From: Eledone cirrhosa
Lineage: Eukaryota
DNA: 64,000 bases
Direction: 5' to 3'
NCBI GenBank assembly: GCA_964016885.1
Contig: OZ024743.1
Location: 300,948,001 to 301,012,000 of the forward strand
A program made the position numbers and the translations under genes. The notes under the pieces are model-generated. The model saw only the letters and a program-made list of their open reading frames with translations. It searched no databases and was not told the origin of the DNA. Each line of letters starts with the position of its first letter. Position 1 is the stretch's first letter. Positions 57,271-64,000 of the stretch are shown here, piece after piece.

Positions 57271-58663
57271 CAGATCCTGCACAGTGGGCTAGCCTCCTCC
57301 TTGTAAATGTGGTGTTTCAACCACTTCGTTTTGAGGGCCTGCTCCTGCGCAGCCATTAACATTCCTTCTGTAGCCTTTTTATGGTCTCCTCTTTCCAACC
57401 AGTTCCATGTCTGTGGATCTCTAAATTCAGTTTTCTCAAATAAGGTACTATGAAGGGATTTTTCCTGAAGGCTGCTCTTTCACCTTGATGTTATTTCCTC
57501 CTTGGACAACCCCTAGCCTATTGTCCCCTCCTTCAGTACAGTTCTGAGCATTGGCTCCTTACCATCAGTCACGTATTTATGTAGGTTGTGTTTCTCCATC
57601 TGAACACAGTCCTCTATGCTGATAAGACCTATTCCACCTTCAAATCTCCTTAAGTAGAGTATATCGACATCACTCCTCTTGTGGAACATATTGTAGATAG
57701 TCAATAGCTTCCTAGTCTTCCTATCCATTTCTTTTTGTTCAGCAACATTCCATCTCAGAATTCCCGCACTGTACCTAATAATAGACACAGCTCGGGAATT
57801 TACTGCACTTATGGCATTCCTACTGTTCAGATGTGACTTTAATACGCTCCTTACTCTCCGAAGGTATTCAGTTATTATCAATTCCTTCATTTTTTTGTTC
57901 TTGATGTCATTAGCCTCCAGAACGCCCAAATACTTGTATCCTTCCTCAGAGTTAATTTCCTTCATCATCTCACCTGTTGGTATCTGGATTCCGTTACTTC
58001 TGCTCATCTTACCCCTCCTCATCACAATGTCTCCACACTTACTAATACCAAATTACATACATATATCATTGCTGAAAATACGGACAGTGTCAACAAGCAC
58101 ATCCAACTCCTTCTCACGCTTCCCGAAGAGCTCAAGATCGTCCATGAAGAGGAGGTGATTGATGGTAAGCCCTCCCTTTCCCAACCTATATCCTGCTCTC
58201 ACCTTTATCAGTACACTGGTCAGGGGCATCAGGACAAGTACAAACAACAGAGGGGACAGGCTATCTCCCTGGAAGATACCTCTCTTGATCTTCACGCTTC
58301 CCAAGGATTCTCCAGTTGATGTCAACTCTGTTTCCCAGGACCTCATACTTTTGCCCAACAACTGTCTGATGTTATCTGCCACCTTGAAGATCTCCAGGCT
58401 TTTGGTGATCCAAGAATGAGGCACCATGTCAAATGCCTTTTTGTAGTCTATCCATCCCATGGCAAGACCAGTGTGTCTCCTCTTGCAATTCCTCATTACC
58501 ATATTATCAATAAGTAATTGGTCCTTTGTACCACGTGACTTCTTTCGGCACCCTTTCTGTTCGTCCGGTAACAAGTTGTTTGTGTGGAGGTGATGGTAGA
58601 TTTCCTCAGACATAATGCTTGTCAACAGTTTCCACATTACGGACAGACATGTGATAGGTCTAT
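57271..58663 (-). mobile_element. R4/Dong-like family A RT fragment, 5' end at (ATT)n 58667-58713
   Basis: [47 protein letters not shown]. Confidence 0.92.
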
Positions 58664-58665
58664 AA

Positions 58666-58714
<49 letters not shown>

Positions 58715-59898
58715 GTTAATTTCTTTTCGTTGATATATTTGTTCTGTTATAATTTTTCTGGTATGATTTCAGAAAGAATAGTGAGTGACGTTATATATTT
58801 CGCATGATTAGTACATAACTATTACGCTCTTTATCTACATTCCAAAATAATTAACATATGTATCAGAAATGTGTGTAGTTATTTAAATACATCACATTAT
58901 TTCACTAACTTAAATGACATCGACAACTGCTAAGCAAGAATTATGATTTCCATGATTCTTCGAAATGTATTCTGTATTCCCGTCCATTGCTGTGGAACAG
59001 TTAATCTATTATCAAGCTATATCTGAGTTCTGCAATTAATATCTAAATGCTCAAATTCCTTGCTGGAACTACAAGACGTGTATTCTTTAACCTATTGTAT
59101 ATGATATCTTGAAATTCCGCGTTAAATTACTTATATGAATCATTAGAAACGAACTGATATATATCTTATTATTATACCCGCCTTGCAGTGTATTAATGAA
59201 GTATTATTTTTGTTTCCTTTTTTGTCGGAGTTTATATTAACTTTTTAATTTCAAAGTGACTACGATATTTAGTTTCCTGATTGTACATTCAGAAATAAAT
59301 TGCATTTTAGACAAAACAATTAAATTTCAACATTCAATACTTGTGGCAGTCATAATTCGTATGGCGGTAAGTTAATGTAATGAAATTTACGTATCGAAAT
59401 GAATGTATAGTTCTTCCTCAAAACACCCCCCCCCCCACACACACACACGCACACTAACACACACACACGCACACACACACATATACGCATACACACGCAC
59501 ACACATATCTATCTATATATATATATGTAAATAAATATATACGGGTGTGTATGATTGTGTATAGAAAATTATATTAAAAAAGGAATTCCAACTTTGTCTG
59601 ATTAACTAGTTTTATTTACAATCCTTTAAAATTATAATGATATTATAATAATATAGCATAGTAGAATATTAAATGTTAATTGAACAAGTACTTCCATGCT
59701 TATAATTTTAATGGACTGTAAATATAACGAGTTTGTCAGCCAGAGTTATATATATATATATTAGAAAGTGAGGTTTTTTTTACAAAATGAAAAATAACCG
59801 AGGTGTCCTACACGAGTGAAAGTATAAAGAAAAAGAGATGAAATCGAAAATGCAACTGGAGTCTTATTTTTAAAAAAAATATATATATTTATTTGGTT

Positions 59899-59937
59899 CC
59901 TTTACCGGTTCCGCAGTCCTTCTGCTTTTCAAAAGGT
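59899..59937 (-). ncRNA. Minimal U3-A8 hammerhead, GAAA mutated to GGAA
   Basis: acctt-TTGAAAA-gcag aagga ctgc-GGAA-ccgg-TA-aagg. Confidence 0.6.
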
Positions 59938-59992
59938 GAGTTATTAAAAAAAAGCCTTCGTGAGCCACCTTTTTTTAAGGTAAACATATTCA

Positions 59993-60027
<35 letters not shown>

Positions 60028-60535
60028 GCACACACACAAGCACACAAATAAACACACATATCTTTACTTTCTTTATTCAATAGAAAATCTGAATTCTGTC
60101 ATCCCAGCGAACTAACCATATTCTCCCATCCCTTTCTCTTGACCATTATCTTTTACTCATCAAAAAATTCTCTAAAAAGGCTACAGAATGGATTTCCAAA
60201 TAAGGGCACAAAAATTTAATGAAAATTTGTTCACGTGACAGCCATAATTTCATTTGTAACCAACCAAAAAAAAGCCTTCGTGAGCCTCCTTTTTTCAAGT
60301 AAAAAGAAATTCAAACACTCATATATGAAAAAACAACCTGTGACAACCTCGGCCCCTCTTATTTGAAGAACTATTGTAACGCGAACTGGCGCGAAATTTA
60401 TTATAATTATTGACAAACCAATCAAATTTCTTCTCGAAAAACCTGGCATTTCGAGCCACTTTTTCCATATAAAACAAGTAACATTCAGAGACCAACCAGA
60501 TGTGAGAACAACCACAGACCCTCCATCTCAACTCA

Positions 60536-60573
60536 CCTTTTGAAAAGCAGAAGAACTGCGAAACCGGTAAAGG
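60536..60573 (+). ncRNA. Minimal U3-A8 hammerhead ribozyme
   Basis: cctt-TTGAAAA-gcag aagaa ctgc-GAAA-ccgg-TA-aagg. Confidence 0.78.
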
Positions 60574-60622
60574 AACCAAATAAATATATATATTTAAAAA
60601 AAATTTTCGATTTCATCTCTTT

Positions 60623-60680
<58 letters not shown>

Positions 60681-61267
60681 CAGTGTTAGTAGAAAGTTCA
60701 TACCTCCGATATTTAATGTGTACTTAAATTGTTTATGCGATTCTATTTGATGAGAAACAAAGTTGAACAGTTATATCACCCGGTTTGGTTGTTGTTCTTT
60801 CAGTATACCATAACATATATTTTGATTTAAAACGTTTCCACACACGTTTACGTAATAGTGACTGATGCCTCTCAGCCTAAAAGCATTTTTTCGGTTACTT
60901 TAATGTCTTGTTTCATAATAATCTCACTGCGAAACCTATATATGTAGAGCAATTTTACGAACCTGAAAATCTTCGTTGTTGTTCGCTGGCTGTCATAGAT
61001 GCATATAGCGCTAATATACACGTTGTCATCCTCACTTTATGAAGAACTAGTCTAATGCATTTGTAGTATTCACAAATGTATTATATAACTGAACTTTCTT
61101 TAATGTAATAAAGAATTTGGTACTAATGTGAAAGACATTTGCAAATAATGTTACAAACTATTCGATAGATGTAGAAAAAAATTTACAAGTTATGTGTAAG
61201 CGGTGAAATTTATGTGGTTGTATGTCGGTATGTAAGTATCATGTATGTATGTATGCATGCATACATT

Positions 61268-61310
<43 letters not shown>

Positions 61311-61340
61311 TTATACATATATATATACTTATATATATAT

Positions 61341-61394
<54 letters not shown>

Positions 61395-61543
61395 CCTTGC
61401 ATGTAATTATATGTTTGTGGAAGAATGTATGCGAATGTACTGCAAATGCAATAGGACATCGGAAATTAATAAAGAATACAAATATATACAATTATATTAG
61501 TATAACGTAGACAATACTTACGGACAAAACGTATATACATGAC

Positions 61544-61631
<88 letters not shown>

Positions 61632-61802
61632 AATATACATACATCTATATATATATATATAAGCAAAAGGAATATGCAATGTGTTGCTAATTCAACAAAT
61701 ATAAATGATTATAACTGATTCAGAGCACTCGATAGTTTTTCTGGAGTGTAATATTCAATGATATTAAATAAATGGAAACTATATTTATGAAACGATATTT
61801 AT

Positions 61803-61858
61803 TATATTATATATATTTCAAAGGTACCAAAACTTTGGTAAGCTTTCATCAGACAAAA
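61803..61858 (-). ncRNA. Type I hammerhead ribozyme with TATATA stem III
   Basis: ttttgt-CTGATGA-aagc ttaccaaag ttttggta ccttt-GAAA-tatata-TA-atataa; tail hairpin at 61726-61748. Confidence 0.68.
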
Positions 61859-62059
61859 TACAAAGTTTGTTTTATAAATGTTGACTTGACCAAGGAAAGA
61901 TAGCTTAACGGTTTAAGTTTTCCTTGGATAGTGAAGGGATAAGAGAAGAAAAGTAAGATATTTCAAATTATTAAGATGAGTATGCAAATGAGGGTGAGGT
62001 ATAGGGCTAAAAAAACAAACAATAACCATAGCAATAGTGAAATTAATAGGAAAAGCAAA

Positions 62060-63192
62060 TCCATAATACAATTTTTCAACACCTACAATCTTAAGTTAGA
62101 AATACCACAGGTCTTTACTATCCTTTTCATAAAATTAACGAAAATCTTAATTACGTCAGTTTCAATTCAAATCATCCTAGAATTATGAAAAACACTATTG
62201 TCAATAGAGTCAAACAACCGATTTCACGCTTCTCTGCTAATAATAATATTTTTAATGATAAGGCAGAATATTACAATGAAGATTTACATAGAGCAGGATA
62301 GTCGATTAAAATTAAATACATAGATAACAATAACATGATAAATCATCCTAAAATTAATTATAATAATAATAAACAATTTAACTTAAACACTAAACCAAAC
62401 AAAAAACTAGAACTAGAAATATTATTTGGTACTCTCCCTCATTCTCATTAGGCGCGTTAAAACACTTTTAGCAAAGCTATTCTTTAAGGCACCATATAAA
62501 TGTTTTCCTAAAACCAATAGATACCACTCTATTTTTAACAGACACACTATAAAACTATCCTACTCTACTACTATGAACATAGCACACAATATAAATAGAA
62601 TTAATAATAGAAACTTAAATTTAAGCCCTAACCAAACTAACCGAAATAGCCATAATAATATTTCTAACAACAATATTCAGAATGCTAGTACCGTTCCGAA
62701 CAACAACATATCCAGAACATGTAACTGTAGAATTAAATCAAACTGCCCTTTACAAAATAATTGCTTAGAAAAAAACGTAACTCATAAATGCACAGTTAAA
62801 ACTAGAGACAAAGTATTTAACTATATTGGTGCCACTTCTACACAATTCAAAAAACGCTGGTATAACCATAAACACACATTTAAGAAATCCGATAAAAAAC
62901 TTCCACTTAACTTTCACATTTATTTTGGAACTTAAAAGACTACAATATATACTATTCAATATCTTGGAGAACGATTTCGAAAGCACCTGCATACCGAAAT
63001 ATGGTTTTCTCAAGATTCTGTAACTTGTGTATCGAGGAATATTTTAATATAATTAATTGTCGAAACTCTATTAATCTTAATACACAATTATTTTCTTCTT
63101 GCAGACATCGCCAAAATTCCACTTTTAGAAGTATTTTTAATTCATGGTATTCTTATACACCTCCAAAAGGATCCTATTTTCTTTCAAATTGA
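62060..63192 (+). mobile_element. Degenerate AT-rich PLE with CxCx5Cx5C linker and GIY-YIG
   Basis: LYYPFHKINE..SNHP, IFNRHTIKLSYSTT, CNCRIKSNCPLQNNC, YIGATSTQFKKRWYNH, CNLCIEE..LFSSCRH. Confidence 0.88.
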
Positions 63193-63712
63193 AATTTAAT
63201 TTTTTTTTTCAATGATCTTCCTTCTTAATTTTCTTTTTAAATATTTTTACTATTTTCTTAAATATTTCTACTATTTTTTTTTTATATTTCTACTATTTTT
63301 TTTATATTTCTACTATTTTTACCTTTTGACATTATTTTTTTAATATAAATCTTTTTTTAATGTATATATTTTTAAATATTTTTTACTTCTGACATTATCT
63401 TTTTAGATGCAGTTTGATAATCTTTAATTGACATTCTGAAAATGTATTCTCTTTACTTTAGTTCTTCGAAATGCACATTACGTTTTTTCTCTCTTTTTGA
63501 TCTTCAAACCTTTACACATCTTTCGACTAAAATAATTAATCTCACACGAAATAATATATAGCTTTCTTTATATATTTCCTGAGTAAATCATTCATCAAAT
63601 TTAACGTTTAACAAACAAGATTGAAGTTATCTTTCCCATTTCAATTGTGCGAATATAAACATAATATTATAATAATATGTACGATAAAACATATAACTTC
63701 GCTAAAATAATT

Positions 63713-63824
63713 GTTTCTACTTTAGGCACAAGGCCAGCAATATCCCAGTGCATTACTGGTACTTTATTTTATCGACCCCGTAAGGATGAAAGGAAAAGTC
63801 AACCTCCGTGGGATTTGAACTCAG
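63713..63824 (-). mobile_element. SINE 3' part, followed by a 48-bp tandem duplication extending to ~63897
   Basis: gtttctactttaggcacaaggccagc..atcgaccccgtaaggatgaaagg..gggatttgaactcag. Confidence 0.85.
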
Positions 63825-64000
63825 CTAAAATAATAATATTCTGAAAACATTCTCGGTGGGATTTGAATTCAGCTAAAATAATAATATTCTGAAAACCTTC
63901 TCAATGTTGGAACAAAATATTCGAATCTACAAATTGTTCCCCTCTTACAACTCGAATCACCTGTTTTTTATGTGAAATGCTAAATCAACATTCTTCGTAA

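Larger units (their letters stand above)
59760..60627. mobile_element. PLE 3' region (minus, with tail) plus inverted tail-less pseudo-LTR; same family as 43531-43895
   Basis: 59760-59942 is the reverse complement of 43712-43895; 60497-60627 matches 43683-43830 with a deletion. Confidence 0.85.

Overview
Eukaryotic, AT-rich, microsatellite-saturated DNA, probably from an octopod cephalopod (inferred from the SINE and repeat landscape, not proven). The only host-gene sequence I can find is one 351-bp phase-1/phase-1 exon (36551-36901, minus) encoding a CCN-family VWC domain, so most of the window is probably intron. The rest is retroelement debris: Tx1/L1-clade LINE pieces, a ~14-kb nest of R4/Dong-like RLE LINEs in (ATT)n, tRNA-derived SINEs, and many Penelope-like elements (PLEs: one Neptune-type, three with a CxCx5Cx5C linker). 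The main hidden layer is RNA structure. I can fold about 23 type I hammerhead ribozyme (HHR) motifs from about 10 sequence families, many in fold-back inverted pairs inserted in (TA)n. Three of these families use a compensatory U3-A8 core instead of C3-G8. Across unrelated families the HHR is followed by a covarying ACTC...GAGT hairpin that begins a terminal tail, and only one arm of each inverted pair carries that tail. Nearly all listed ORFs built on (TA)n/(CA)n/(GA)n are artefacts. All folds and alignments were done by eye.
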